A DNA stretch of 64,000 nucleotides from Felis catus (GCF_018350175.1 NC_058373.1:105526001-105590000), one strand, 5' to 3'; counted from the first letter of the stretch, positions 13,227 to 26,957 are shown. Notes: generated by a model from the letters alone, not told the origin. Numbers and translations are program-made.

Positions 13227-14439
13227 ATGAAGAACAGTCTGGAAGAGAGTTTACTGGTATACCCATCTCTTAACAAACACCCCACCCCCAACATGTATAA
13301 ACATTGCCCCCCATCTCCCCTCACATCTACAACTATCCCCCTTACCTCCAGCACACTCATAGCACCCAGACAGTTCTGGAATTTTGGCAAAGCCTGAACA
13401 ATAAAGGAGTCAGAAGTAATGTCTTCAATACAGGGTAGAGAGTACTGAGACCAAAGACCACACGATGGTGGCCAAGGGAAGATGAGTTCATATGCAGATA
13501 AGAGAAAAAGATTCAAGGATGCTTGTGGGAGAACAAGGGTGAAGCAAACCTTTCATATGTAGTGATTTTGTTTTTAATGTTATATAAGAAGAGATGATTA
13601 TTTCTTTCACATTGGGATATAGGTTTCTTGAAGGCAAGGGTCATGTATGGGTCATTTTGTATCCTCCCCACCATCCCCAGTGTCTTGTATAGGATTATCA
13701 AATAGCTGTTGCATTTATACAGAGCCTTAACATAATTGACAGACTCTTCATGAAACATTCTAAGCACATCTTTATAGTAGCCCACCATCTGAGCTTCCAT
13801 AATTTCTATGTCAGAGTGCCTCTAAGATTATTCGGAACTGGCATAGGGAGGATTATAAGAGTGAGAAATTTTGTAGTCAAGCTCTCTGGGGTCTCTTTGA
13901 AGAAGGTGTTTATAACACATTTTGCTGACTGCTTTCTATAAATCCCAAGAGCACTGATAATTTTACTTAAAAAAAAAAAAAAAGAAGAAGCGAAAATGAA
14001 GCAATTTGGCTGTGAAAACATCCTTGCATTTCTACTAGTTGCTTTGGATTGTAGTTTGGCTGTGAATAAATTTTTACTGTTAGTATTATGGTATGGAGAA
14101 ACACATATCCTGATGTGTTAGAACACAACAGTGTCTAAAACACCCCGAGTTTTAGGGAGAGGAGAATTCTCTAAAACAAGCTTGGCCAGAGCTCTTGAGA
14201 ACACAGGGAGGAAAGTTTTTATTCCCGCCCTCTTTTGGCCTTTGTAGTGCAAATACTGTATTTGCAGAAGCATTTGGAGGGTCATTACTTAGAAGCTGGT
14301 GCTCCTTCAGATCCTTCAAGGATCTGAAGTTTTAGAGGAGGCTTGCTCTCAGACCTTGTATTTTTTAATTGTTCTTTATTAATAATTAAAAAAAACTGCT
14401 TTGGAATAATAAGGCCAGTAAGAGCGGGGAATTGAAATA

Positions 14440-14600
14440 ATAATAGCTAACATTTCTTGAGGGCTCGCTAGATGCTAAGCACCATTTTATGTACATGAAC
14501 TCATTTGATCCTCAAAAGATCATTGTGTTTAGAGATGAGGAAGCCTGGAAACAGAAAAATGAAATAAGTGGAACCTGATGCCAAAGCCGAGTCCCTACCC
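14440..14600 (-). mobile_element. MIR fragment
   Basis: taatagctaacatttcttgaggg...aactcatttgatcctca...agatgaggaagc. Confidence 0.7.
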
Positions 14601-15399
14601 TAGTGACACGACTTTTTGTTAGTGCCAAACTGACTGTAAAGGTGGGGGAACTAGGACAACGGGCTTTATACTTTGTGCTGGGATCTGGTATCTTTGGCCC
14701 TAAAAAGTTAACCCCATTAGGAAAATAAAAATTTTTAAAAAGGCTGAAACCGAAGGGTCCACCCTGTGTTTTCTGCTAGTCCAAGGGCAGGCTGACAAAG
14801 CCAGTTTAAGGCAGTTTAAGATTTTTTTCCCTTTCCACGGCCAAATCTGTTTTAGATAGAATCTTCCAGCTGGTTCTGATTTGCAGGACGGTGCTCAGTT
14901 TTCCAAACAAGCCATGCACTGGCATCTCAGAATTCCATTCCAGTTAAGGTTAGTTTGGTTGTGCCACAATTTCCGTATCTGCACCCCCACCCCCTGCAAG
15001 TTTTTTTGTAAAAGTGGAACATAACAGTTCATTCTTACTGTTGCATGTTGTAATATTTTTACATGCAATTTTCTCCGTCAGTTCATTGCTTCCTACAAAG
15101 AAGGTTGTGGGTATGATTAGTGTATTATGTTTATAATTGAAAACAGCTGACTTCATGGATTTTTACATTTTACCTAGTTTTCCATCTGGGTCTGACTCTG
15201 GCTTATCAAGTGAGGCATAAGGGAAGGTGGTTTGGAGGAGAAAGTGGGAGAGGATGTCAAATCATTGTTTCTGTGGCCAAGCTCCGGAGAGAAAAAGACA
15301 GGATTCTTCTAGTGTGCCTCCTTCAGAGCCTAGGAAAGGTTTCTGGAAAGTAACTTTCAAATATAAAAAGGTAAAGAGAAAAGTATAAGGGAATATATG

Positions 15400-15600
15400 G
15401 GTAATGATGCCAGAGCCACGATCCTATTGAGTGCTTATTATACACCAGGCACTATGCTAAGCACTTTATGCAAGTAATTTCATTTAATCCTTACACCAAC
15501 CCCATTTTGAAACCCCGTGAGACAGCTGAGGCTGGGGAGGGAAAGGAGTAATGTCAATGAGGGAGCTGGGATTCAAGTGTGAGATTTCCAGGCTGTTAAG
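15400..15600 (-). mobile_element. MIR fragment
   Basis: tattgagtgcttattatacaccaggcactatgctaagcacttta...gagctgggattcaag. Confidence 0.75.
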
Positions 15601-16057
15601 CCCTCATCGTATTTCCCTTCCTACTGGGATTTCCCGCCTATGTGAAGTTCTATCTGGGAAACCATTCAAAGACCCATCCAGAAGGGCGCTCAGCCTTGCT
15701 CTACCTCAGTGCTTTCTTGGATTTCCCAGTGGGAATGTGTCACCTGTGATGGAGACCTCTCCTTTAGTCTGCTAAGAGCTCTTATTATGTCCTACTCTAT
15801 CACGTTTAATATTTATGTATACCTGTACACCTTTGTCCAAGCCCTGGGGAATTGTAAGGGGCAAGGTGTTCCCATTTATCGCGTTCTCTTACATAAGTAT
15901 TCGTAGATGCTGAAGATGTGGGCCATGGATGGCTTCCTCTGTGTATTGTTATATTTACTAGAGATTCTTAGCACAGTGAATCGTTGGGGGTGACCTCTTG
16001 GTCCAGCTACTTGCTCATAAGGTGAATTCTTTGTGAATCATTCAGGATTATAATAGT

Positions 16058-16270
16058 TACTATGGTCTGAATGTTTGTGTCCCCCTTAAATTCCCATGTT
16101 GGAATCCTAATGCCCAGTGTGATGGTGTTAGAAGGTGAGGCCTTTGGGAGATCCCACAGAGGCTAAGGATCCCTAGCCTCTGGATATAATGATAAGCACT
16201 TGATAAATTTTTGCTGTTTATAAGCTACCCATTCTGGTATTTTGTAGGGTGGTCTGAATGGACCAATAGA
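16058..16270 (+). mobile_element. MaLR solo LTR (MLT1A/MST-like), internally deleted
   Basis: tactatggtctgaatgtttgtgtcccc start and gctgtttataagctaccc...gaccaataga end; 5-bp TSD atagt / gtagt. Confidence 0.85.
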
Positions 16271-17909
16271 GTAGTAGAGATATCTAACTTGATTGCCCAC
16301 CTTTTCTCAGACACCTTCTTTAACTGTCATTGAATATACAAAGGAAGATGTGCCAGAACTTGATGTTGACTCAGAAACAAAAAGGAGCAATTTTCCTTAT
16401 CAGTCAGTCCTGGGTGAATGGTTCCAGGGGCAGGCTGGCTTCCAAATGCTTGGCACCTGTGGTCTGCTGTTTTCATCTGTGCTTCTCAACCAACTCCCTT
16501 GGCTGTTGGGCTTGCTTCTGGCAAGTAATGTTAATGCATCTTATGTAAGTTAGAAAGGGGGCTTAAAACTTGAGAAGAAGTATGTGCAATTCATAAGTCT
16601 GCCTTTAGTTTTTTGTTCCCTTTGTGTGATGGCAGTGACATTGAAAATGATGAGATTATTTTTGGCTAGAATCTATCCTGTAATTTCATATGATTATTCT
16701 AGATTCTGTGCAACAGAACTGAATTATTGAGATAAGTGTATAGATTTAATGACTTGCAGTCTGGATTTCTTATAGAAAGATACCTGAATGATTTGGATAC
16801 TCTTTTTGACTTTTTCATCATAGATTTGGCCACAGATTTACCATATTTTCTTGATTTAGTGAGTTGCTTTATGCCCCTTCAAAAAATATTTTCATCTGTT
16901 TCTTTCTTTCTAGAATGTAGAAGAAAACATCTTAATTTTTTTCCTTAGTGGATAAATTATTCTTTAAAATATAAATAAACATTGGGTATGATGCCATTAG
17001 TCAATGTGGTTTTTCCATTGGTGGGACGTTTCATCTGTCTTCAGTGATGGGCTCTCTCCCTAAAGGAGATAATTCACTTCCTTCTGGGTATAGTATGTTT
17101 GTATTTAGGTGACTCCATATTGTTTAGGTTATAGATCCAAGGTTCAAAGGGCAAAGCTTTCTCCTTAGGTGAGGGTAACTGAGGATATAACATATTTTTC
17201 ACTGAAATGGAAGGAAGAACTTTATTCATCAGAAATTTTCCATTAAATTTATTAACAAAAAGAAGTCAGAAGAATTCCCAGAAGGTTGCACGCTTCCTTC
17301 TCAGGGAATTGAGGAAGGATCTGGTGACATGGGGTTATACAGTCAGTTCTCCAGCCAGGTGGCCAGGTGTGGGTCAATCGGGATGGTCACACCTGGCTAG
17401 TTAGCCTGGGAAAGGGCTCAGAGACAAATGGAGGAAGTGAACAAGAGGGCAGAATCATGGTGAGACAGTCTCAAAAATGAGAGGACAGGAAAAGGTTTAG
17501 AAGCAGCTATACTGGGTGTGAAATTTGGGAGATAAGGACTGAGGTCTGAAGTTAATTTCTGGAAAACTTCCTGGTTGGTACTCTTTATGAAACTCCTGGA
17601 TGATCCATTAAAACAAGTAACAAATATTTACAATATAATCCAAAGTTTATGAAGTCAGATTTGTGTTTCTTTTGAATGTAATTCCAAGCTGAGTCACATG
17701 GGGCCTTGGAGATTATTTAAATTACATATTACAAAATACAAATATATTCTTTAGTAAAATATCAATACATTAATGTCAATTAATCATGGTGCCATGGCAT
17801 TTAAAGATTGTTTTGAGCAGGATCGAAAGAAATATGCATAACTAGGCACAGGCAAGAGTTTTTACATCAATCTCTGCCTGTTATCATTTTTTCAGCATAC
17901 TCAATAGAT

Positions 17910-18109
17910 TTTTTAAATTAATTAATTAATTAATTAATTAATTAATTTATTGCATGAGCAGGACAGGGCAGAGAGAGGGGGAGAGATAATCCCAAGCAGG
18001 CTCTGCACTGTCAGTGAAGAGCCCGATGTGGGGCTTGAACTCACGAACTGTGAAATCATGACCTGAGCTGAAGTCAGATGCTTAACCAACTGAGCCATCC
18101 AGGTGCCCC
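17910..18109 (-). mobile_element. CanSINE with (ATTA)n tail
   Basis: TSD tactcaatagat / tagtcaatagat; tail converted to an ATTA repeat. Confidence 0.96.
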
Positions 18110-18552
18110 TAGTCAATAGATACCTTGAAGAGAATTCAGTAAAAGGACAATTTACCGAGCTGTGGCAGAGTTAAAGGGACCAAGAAGGAATGTTGACGCA
18201 CCCAGGGACCAGCAGCACGAGAAAGTGTTTCCTGGGACTGAGGGGGCAGAGAAGAAACAGTGTTTCTGGGGTCCTTTGAGAGCTCATGCTATGGAAGAGT
18301 AGCTGCCTGACAGGAGCTGTAGTCAAAGCGGGACCTAATCATTGCCAGAACCATGGGGCTGAGCAGGAACAAGCATCTCTCTTTCCCACCCTCTGACCTC
18401 CTGCTACTTTTTTCCATTAACAGAACCCTACAGGACACTAGAGCTGAACCTAGGTAGTACTGCCCGTGAGCATCAGTCTTGCGGGGACACAGACAGCCAG
18501 AGAAACACAGAGGAAGGGCCTGGGCTGGTGAACAAATGGAGAAGAATCAGCA
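18110..18552 (-). mobile_element. Ancient ERVL/MaLR-class LTR fragment
   Basis: Resembles old LTR consensus (gttaaagggaccaagaagg...ccctctgacctcctgct...); family not assigned. Confidence 0.45.
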
Positions 18553-19049
18553 TCTTGCATCTCACTCTAGTGAATTTTGACCCTTCTCTAAGAAGCCACT
18601 CAATTTTGGAATCTTTCTTGATATGCACAGTCTCTGACTAAGGCTCTAAGACCTTCATAACTCTCAGCCACATTAGGCTTTGTGTTCCTTAGAGTTTTTC
18701 TTCTGCCAAAACAGTAGTAGTTTTCAAACCTTTTTTTCTGTTTCAAAAGACAGGAATGGGAGAACACAGTGTCAGTACACATCACACATTGGTGATGCTA
18801 GTATGCAATGGAGGTCTACTGCTCTGTGGAAGGGAACATGGTGCCTCTAGAAAGCTATGGAGAACCCTGTGGGGTGTTGGTGTACCATTTGAAAAAGCCC
18901 CTCCAAATGATTCTGGTAGGCCTCTGTGCTCCTCTGAGAATCACTGTGCTTTAGTCAGGAGTCTCTTGAGGACATGACCTTCCTCATTCTCATAGGCAGC
19001 TTAGTTTCTCTTGTAAGCATTCAGTTTTATTCTAATTGTGTGGACCAGT

Positions 19050-19200
19050 CAACATCCCTGAGCCTCAGGATGTGAGTCTGTAAAGTGGGAATAACCGTAC
19101 CTCCCTTCCAAGGTTGTTGAGAAGAATAAGCTAAAATCAACTGAAGTGTTCCATAAATGGGAAAATGCTGGTATTTTTTACTTATATTACCATTACTGTC
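19050..19200 (+). mobile_element. MIR fragment
   Basis: ctgagcctcag...tctgtaaagtgggaataaccgtacctcc...ggttgttgagaagaataa. Confidence 0.65.
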
Positions 19201-20496
19201 ATGATGTCTTTTTGCACACAGGAAATACTGATTTTTGGTTCCATGTAGCTAGCCCCAAACTGGAAAGAAGATATTATAATCATTTGTGGAATCACTCCAG
19301 ATTTGAATCCCTTACGTCAGTTATTTTCTAGTCAGAAGGGGGCATAGTCTTCTGGCTATTACTGTATTTCTTGCTCTGGTTTTTGAAGTCCTAAGCTTAT
19401 ATAAAGATGGGTTTTGAATTAACATAACTCTTTTCTTAATTACAAACAGCTAGCTTCCTTTGAGTTTTACAGCTTAACACCCCAGTCACAGACACTTTTC
19501 CCTTGGAAGGTGCAATTGCTTTTATTTAAAACTTTAAGATATATTTATGGTAATACTCAAAAAGTAAAAAAGTCATGTCACCAAGTGATTAGATTATATG
19601 TGAATCCACATTTCCAGTTTGTCTTAATATTGTTAAACTACTTCTATAACTAACAAGGCAAAAATTCCTTTAAATCAAACATGGTAAGCTTTTCTTTGTA
19701 ATTTATCTCCTTTTATAGAAGCAATATAGATACATCTTCATTGTAGCAAATATGGAAATTTAAGAAACATTGTGCCTTTAGACTGACTCTTCAAAAACAA
19801 GTTTGTTGCTTTGAAGGCTATTTTCACTCTATTTCCTTCCCTCCACGAGCATATATTTTAATAGCTGTGAAAATTTTCATCTCATTTTTCTCTTGCCTTA
19901 CTTGGAACATGAGTACTTCAAATTGCTACTACATATTTTTCATAAACAATTTTAATGGCCTTATAACATCCCCTTAAATGGATATACCTTAACCTTAAGC
20001 ATTAAGGTGACTTGTTTCTACTGGATCTTAATATATATATTAAGAGGAGTTCAAGAAGGACTGAGGAACTTTTCTTCATCTTTTCACAACTTCCTCACAT
20101 TTTACCTGGATCTTGCCCATGTCTCATTAAAATCTAACGGATTTGTTTTACAGCAGCTCTTGGAAGCTGTGACAGTGTGATAGACACATCTCGTTCACTC
20201 CTGATCACACACACAAAGCTGTAGTACCACTCTGGTAGAGGCAGTGAGCCAGAGGTATGTGTTATTTTTGGAACTTCCCTAGAGAAAATATGAACTTTCA
20301 AAAGTCTGGGCTTAGCAGCTGTTTCTGTTACACACATATACAAGCACACTCACAAATGTTGAATATTGGGATTGTAGATAGCTTGTTTTCATTATTCAAA
20401 GAAACATTTATCTTTCCCAAGATGTCTAGAACATTATGAATTCCAAGAATCATGGAAAGTTAGGAAGTTTACAGGATATCTGTATAGGATTTTTAA

Positions 20497-20499
20497 ATA

Positions 20500-20554
<55 letters not shown>

Positions 20555-20579
20555 AATATATATATGTACATATATATAT
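20497..20579. repeat. (TA)n microsatellite
   Basis: Pure TA run at 20506-20552 with degenerate flanks. Confidence 0.98.
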
Positions 20580-20829
20580 GGAATTTTAAATATGTCACAT
20601 GTCTGCCATGTTTTTTCTAACCTAAATATGTGGCAGACATTATTAATCAGTCACCCTTTCCTGAGACAGCTTCAGACTCCTTCCCAAGATAGCACAACCA
20701 CAGTCATGACCAACAGCTCATAAATGGTTCAAGAGAACAAACCTACTCACCATCAAGAATCATCAACCCCCTTTATTTTATAGATAAGGAAATAGAAATA
20801 TTTTAGATTCTATGCAGCAAAAAATAATG

Positions 20830-20907
20830 CATCTGTTTGGCTTGTGAAGCCAATTTAAAAGGAATTTAAGCCATCTGTTTGGTTTGTGAAGCCAATTGAA
20901 AAGGAAT
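20830..20907. repeat. Tandem duplication, period 42 bp
   Basis: catctgtttggcttgtgaagccaatttaaaaggaat at 20830 and 20872, 2 mismatches. Confidence 0.95.
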
Positions 20908-23110
20908 ACAATTTAAAAGCAATTCCAGGTGATTTGAAAGAACATTAAAGTTTGAGAAAGACTGATCTAGAGCACTGGATCAAAGATGCCACGGGTAGGA
21001 ACGGGTACAGAGGCTGTGTGGCAGATATGGCCAGAACCCCATGGGAATCAGTACCTTGGAGAGGGCATCACATTTGATGAACAGATCCTCAACTTCACAG
21101 GTCCAGAAATGATTTGTTCAATTACTCAGAGATGACTAGGTGGTGTCTCATTAATAAAATTCACAAGGCATTGGTTTGAAAATCAGATTCCTATGCATTA
21201 AATTATGGTATAAATAATATCTGTCAGAATAATTTTTTGTAGTCATACACAGTTTTGGGAGTCTTCCTCCTGGTGAGTAATGTACCTCTATGCAGGTACC
21301 TAAGTTAGAGGCCTAAATGTCTCTTGGTCAAGACAGAATGATAGTGATCAGAGCAGATATTTCTGAGGGATGGATTCTTCAAGTTAGGGTTGTTTTGCCT
21401 TCAAGACAGCTTGATAATCATGAAGAGATTTTCAACATTATATTGCCTTTAAAAACTTTTCACCAAAGCTATCCTTGCCCTATAATACATAAGTTTCATT
21501 GAGTTTTCTTTTGTATCAATTACATTTCAGCTGTTTTCCTGAGGATACTCACTGATTTGCCCAGTTTTAGGAACAATATTATTATAAACTATCTCATAGG
21601 GGTGTCTGTTTCTATAATTGTTTAAACTCCACGTATAGTGGTTCCTACTGACTTCATTCTCCAAGGAGAACTTTTCCCAATTTTATTTTTCTAGGAGCTC
21701 CTTACTGTGGCTCCCCAAAATGACTATTTTAGTGAAATCTGGGCTCCCCAGATGATTTGGGACAAATCACTTAGCCTGTAAATATTGAAGTTACCTTTTT
21801 GAAAAGCAGTGATGAGAAAGTTGGAAAGATTTATAGGAAAAGTCAATGCCCTAAATGTAAATGTACTTGGAGAGAACAGGGTCAAGATGTTCTTTAAATT
21901 CAAGGCATAATTCTCTTCCAGATGGCGAAAGGCACAGTCTTATGGTCATGAAGGGATCTGTTGGGTCTACATGGTGCTTTTAACTCCACTTAAAGCCAGA
22001 CTTCTTAGTTTGCCAAGAGTAGCTAGCTACTACAGACTAAAATGCTAAGGAGCAATTGGGGTACTATAAAATTGCTTGACATGCATCATTTCCAAACATT
22101 TCCTAGCTCTGGTAGAAGGGGAACATTCTACTTCTCTAACAAGTTGGTTATGGGAGGACATTTTTTGGAGAGCTGCATATATTATGGTACATCTATTTCC
22201 ATAATCAAAAAAGACAGCCTTTACTCTTTTGTATTATTGGTCAATAAAAAACCCTTAATGCTCTGCTGTTCTTTGCGTCTGGATCCTTATGGAACACAGC
22301 TAAATACCCACCACTCATTACATGAGGGAATTGATGATGTGGGAGTGCTTACTTCGCTTCCAAAGGGTCTCAAACCATATCTAAATGTAAGAAGGAAACC
22401 AATCAATTAGTCAGTGATTATATAACACTAAAGGTCTTTCTAAATCAAGGCTGAGTTTACATTTCCTAGGGGCCCAATTCCATTAGCAGTGCTTTCTGAC
22501 TCAGTGAGGGACAGGCATGGATTCCTTAGCCAATGTTTTAGGACTCTGAACACTGAACTGCAGACACCGCTTCAGGGCTGGAAGGGAGCTGCCTTATATG
22601 CAGCCACTAGCTACAGTTACATGGCAGACTCGTTGAGCCCATATAGCAAGGACTTTGCCAAGGTAAAAGTACTAAATAAATGCAAGGGGATTTGCAGCTA
22701 AATAAAATGTTTTTTATACCTTCAGTTTCCACTGGTCCAGGAACCAGTGAATTCCCTTTCTCAAGCTGCTTTAGGAAACACACTGTCTGAGGACATTGTT
22801 CCTGATTATTGTATCCATAGTAGTGTTTCCCCCACTATACTGAACACATTTGCTTTTACCTCTTTGAGGGAACAATTTTAGAATCTGAAATTAGATCTAT
22901 CTGTACCTTTATTATCCTCTTCAATGTAATGATGCTCAGCCTCTTCCCTGTAATCTTGTTTCTTGCTATGAAATTCCTATCCATTTTGAGTTTACGCTAA
23001 AATCCAAGTTTCTCCAGAAAGTCCAATTTATCCTTAAAAGTTCCTCTGAATTATTATATTCCTTTTAGTACTTATTGTCTGGTCTGTGTAGTTGAGCCTA
23101 GTTACAGGCT

Positions 23111-23313
23111 TTTTTTTTTTTAATTTTTTTTAAAATGTTTATTTATTTTTGAGAGAGAAAGAGCACAGGCAGGGGAGGGGCAGAGAGAGAGGGAGAAAGA
23201 ATCCAAAGCAGGCTTCAGGCTCTGAACTGTCAGCACAGAGCCTGACATGGGGCTCGAACCCACCAACCAAGCTGAAGTCGGAGGCTTAACCGACTGAGCC
23301 ACCCAGGCACCCC
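23111..23313 (-). mobile_element. CanSINE inserted in the A-tail of an older CanSINE
   Basis: Flanked by caggct+T-run on both sides; lacks the gtgagatcatgacct segment. Confidence 0.95.
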
Positions 23314-23319
23314 CAGGCT

Positions 23320-23389
23320 TTTTTTTTTTTTAAAGATTATTTATTTATTTTGAGAGTGTGCATGAGTGAGGGGGTAAGGCAGGGGGGAG

Positions 23390-23451
<62 letters not shown>

Positions 23452-23575
23452 CCCAAGCAGGCCCTGCTGTGAGCACAGAGCCCAATGCAGGGCTCCATCT
23501 CAGGAACTGTGAGATCAGGATCTGAGCTGAAATCAAGAGTCAGATAATTAACCGACTGAGACATCCAGATGCCCC
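23320..23575 (-). mobile_element. Older CanSINE with long (GA)n
   Basis: aaatcaagagtc head variant; (GA)n at about 23392-23446. Confidence 0.95.
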
Positions 23576-25859
23576 AGGCTGCAGGCTATTTTACCTTGCT
23601 TTTTAAATGGTTTTATATGCATAAAGCTTTTAACAAAACTATATACTTATTAAAAGCAAGAGTTTCTAATTCCTTTTCCCTATTCTCTTATTTCAATTGT
23701 GTTTTTGTTATGGATATAGAAATCATATTTCATGAATAACATAATGAGACATGTATTGAACTCAAGGGTCTGTCAATGGGGCAAAATATTTGAAATCTAG
23801 TTATCCTGGAATATCCAGAATATAATGTTTCTGCATTTATGGTGCCATTTGTACTCTTATTATAGCCACATATCTTCCCTGCTAGATTTTGACCAAACTG
23901 AGGTCAATAAAATAATATTTATCTTTTTTTTTATTTCCATTGCCCACCATTATTATCAACATTGTCATCCATTGTTAGCTTATATTTGGCACTTTTTCCA
24001 TGTCAACCACAGCACATTCCTTTCATACCTTATCATCATAAGATAATCATGTTTACTTACTATCTCCATTTTAAGAATGAAGCCTCAATAGGCATAAAGA
24101 GTAGGCATACAAATCATTTTGGAATAATGATTGAATTGAGGCTGAAATGATTGATAAACAAGACATTCACATGGGAATATTCTTCTTGCACCAGTTAGAT
24201 TATCTTAGAGACTCAGATCATGTGTTTTTTTGAGGCAGATTAGTGAATGTGAGAATATGAATGTTCATTTTGATTCTATACTTACACAATGTATTACTTT
24301 CTTTGTAGCATTTTCTTTTGAAATAGTTAACTGCTTTTCCACATTCAAGGATACTTCAGTGTTAGGAATCATCAACTTTCCTGTATTAAATGGAGGGATT
24401 TGTGAAGGAATTATGTGGGAATAAATGGGTGAGAAGAGAAAGGACTAGGAAGAATCAAGCAGTTGTGGAAATAATTTATGTTGTTGTTATATGTTTAAAC
24501 ATACCTTTTACCCATGGGGTTCTAGAATCATTTAGTGAAATATAAATACCACAACTAAATGAAATTAAATCTTGGGATTGAAAACTGAGATTCCATACCA
24601 AAGAGAAGGAATAAAATAAGCTTAGAAAATGTTGACTATTTCATGCCTTTTGTGAGTGAAAATTATTTGATAGATGAGTATTTCAGGGGACTAGAATTGC
24701 AAATACTTTAGTTTTATGGAAATGATTGCCAACTGGTAATTTATATTGCTAGGAAGAAAAAAATAGATGACATATCTCAAAATCATAGAAGCCTCAGGCT
24801 TTATAATTCTTGTTAAATATACCCTGAGATTACTACACTGGAAAAAAAGTGAATTTTGGTGCAAAACTCTACTGCATGTAGGGTTCTCAAAACTCTACAC
24901 GGCCAAGGATTTGAAAATTCTTATGACCTTGTAAGAGCAGATGAGATAGAAATCTCTCATATGTCATGGTACAACCTGGAGATACATTGCTGATTGTGAT
25001 TAAGTCTTCACTGGAGAAAAGTAATATAACAAAGCAGAAGACATTATTCCCTGCTCATTGGAAAGGAATTAGTCCTTAGTCATGGGAACACTCCTTAACT
25101 ACTGCAAAGAGCTGAGGATAGAGAATTCAGTGGTTTTCCAGAGATGTGCTCTGTTGAAGGCCAGTTTGGTTTTGCCTGCTTAATTTCAGTTTGGAGGTAT
25201 GGATTAGTCGTCTCAGTTGGGCACTATGAGGAGAACCCAATATCGTGTTTTTCATCTTCCTCCAGGGAAGGAGGAATTCTTCATTAGGTTTGGGCTCATC
25301 TGGACCTTCCTTTAGAGTCCTGGTGATCTGATTTCTGAAATGCAGCCCTTACCAGCCATTGTCTTGGGGTACAGATAATGAAAACAGACCTTCCCAGGAT
25401 TCAGTTAGCACTGAACTGGCTTTAGACAAATTGTGAGCTGTTCAACTGCTTAAGAGATGTCAAAAAAAAAAAAAAAAAATCCAACCACTTCTGTTTGGCT
25501 GGTGTTGCAGTTAAATGTGGCATTTAAGTCATCGACTGAGTGTTGTCCTTCTGAGGAGGAAACATGATATAATAAAGACCGTGTTTGTTAATACTGAATT
25601 TGGAGAGGGTATGGAGAATGCAAACTGAGGTGAGTGTGGATTTTAACTGCTAAGAGAATAGATGGCTGTTTTAAGAACTCAGATTAAAAGATTACTGCAA
25701 TTATAGGATAACAGAATAGTCCTTTATTTGACTGGACAGTTGTAGGATTAAACTCTGGAAAAGGGCAAGAGAGAATAACAATGCGCTCACTAGGAAAATA
25801 CCGACTCTACTTTAAGAATGTTTTAGGATATTAATACTTCTGAAATTATATAATATCTT

Positions 25860-26070
25860 AGAAGCAAGGTTTCTGGAAACAAACTGATTGGGGTTAATCC
25901 TGCTTCTGCCTCTTAATAGCCCTCTGAATATGGATAAATTACTCTACCTCTCTGTGCGAGAGTTTCCTCATCTTTAAGATGGGGTTATTGTAGTTATGGA
26001 GTTAAGTGTGATAGGGGATACAAATGCTTTGTTAGTACAGTGCCCAGCATACAGTGAGGGCTCAGTAAGG
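25860..26070 (+). mobile_element. MIR
   Basis: ggggttaatcctgcttctgcc...agtttcctcatctttaagatgggg...acagtgcccagcatacagtgagggctcagtaa. Confidence 0.8.
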
Positions 26071-26957
26071 CATTTCTCACTCAGTTCTTACAACCTGTTC
26101 ACTGAACAGGTGTAAGTGGACTGGTGGTCACTTATGACTAAACAGGCTGTGGTTATTTCTTTGATTTCTTTCCCAAAGAGCTACAGAGTCCCCAAAAGCC
26201 TGTGTATTTCAGTAATTTTTTTCTTCATGTCCTTCTCTCCTGTATCTGTGAGGTGCAAGAGTCTTTAGATTCTCAGACTATTTTTAGTTTAATTCAAAAT
26301 GTCATCTATTAAAATATTGCTGTTGAGTGGCTTTGGTGACAATGACTGTGATATTCATGTCTGTTCAGAAGCTGGGTCTCTCAGTGGCATAATCTCCATA
26401 TGTTGGGTCAGTTGAGCTTAGCCATCCACATTCCAGAGGAATTTAGAGGACTTTGCTGCTCCTGGATTACTGAAAAGCCTGGCACATCTTGGCTCTCTCC
26501 ATTTCTTCTTTCGGTAGCTTAAGTTTAAGGGGGAGTTTTTGGATTCTCTTTCACATTACTTTTCTCTTTTTTCAGGCTCAATTTCTTACTCTTTTCAGTT
26601 TCTCTCTGCTCTATTTTGCCAATACTGAATTTTCCTAGAAATTTTGATTGGCAGTTTTTTGAGTTAATACATCAATTCAGAGAGGACTTTGTTCTTCTAT
26701 AACTATATTCAAAGGATGGTTAACACGTGTCTTGCTTTGAGAAACTAATTGAAATCACAATAGGCACTGGGAAAATAAGGACTGGGCCAAAATGACAGCA
26801 GGGGAAAGAGTCCCTGGTGTTCAGTTAAGTGACAAGAGAAATTAGCAACAGATGTTTAGAAGGGGAGTAAATTTATTCTAGAGTGGTCATTTCAATTGTT
26901 CTCAATATTCTTCAGGGCCCCGCAGTTTTATGGCTATTGCTTCTAAGTACATTTTCT

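Noticed and set aside
22018..22031. 14-bp palindrome agtagctagctact
   Set aside because: Several palindromes of this length are expected by chance in 64 kb.
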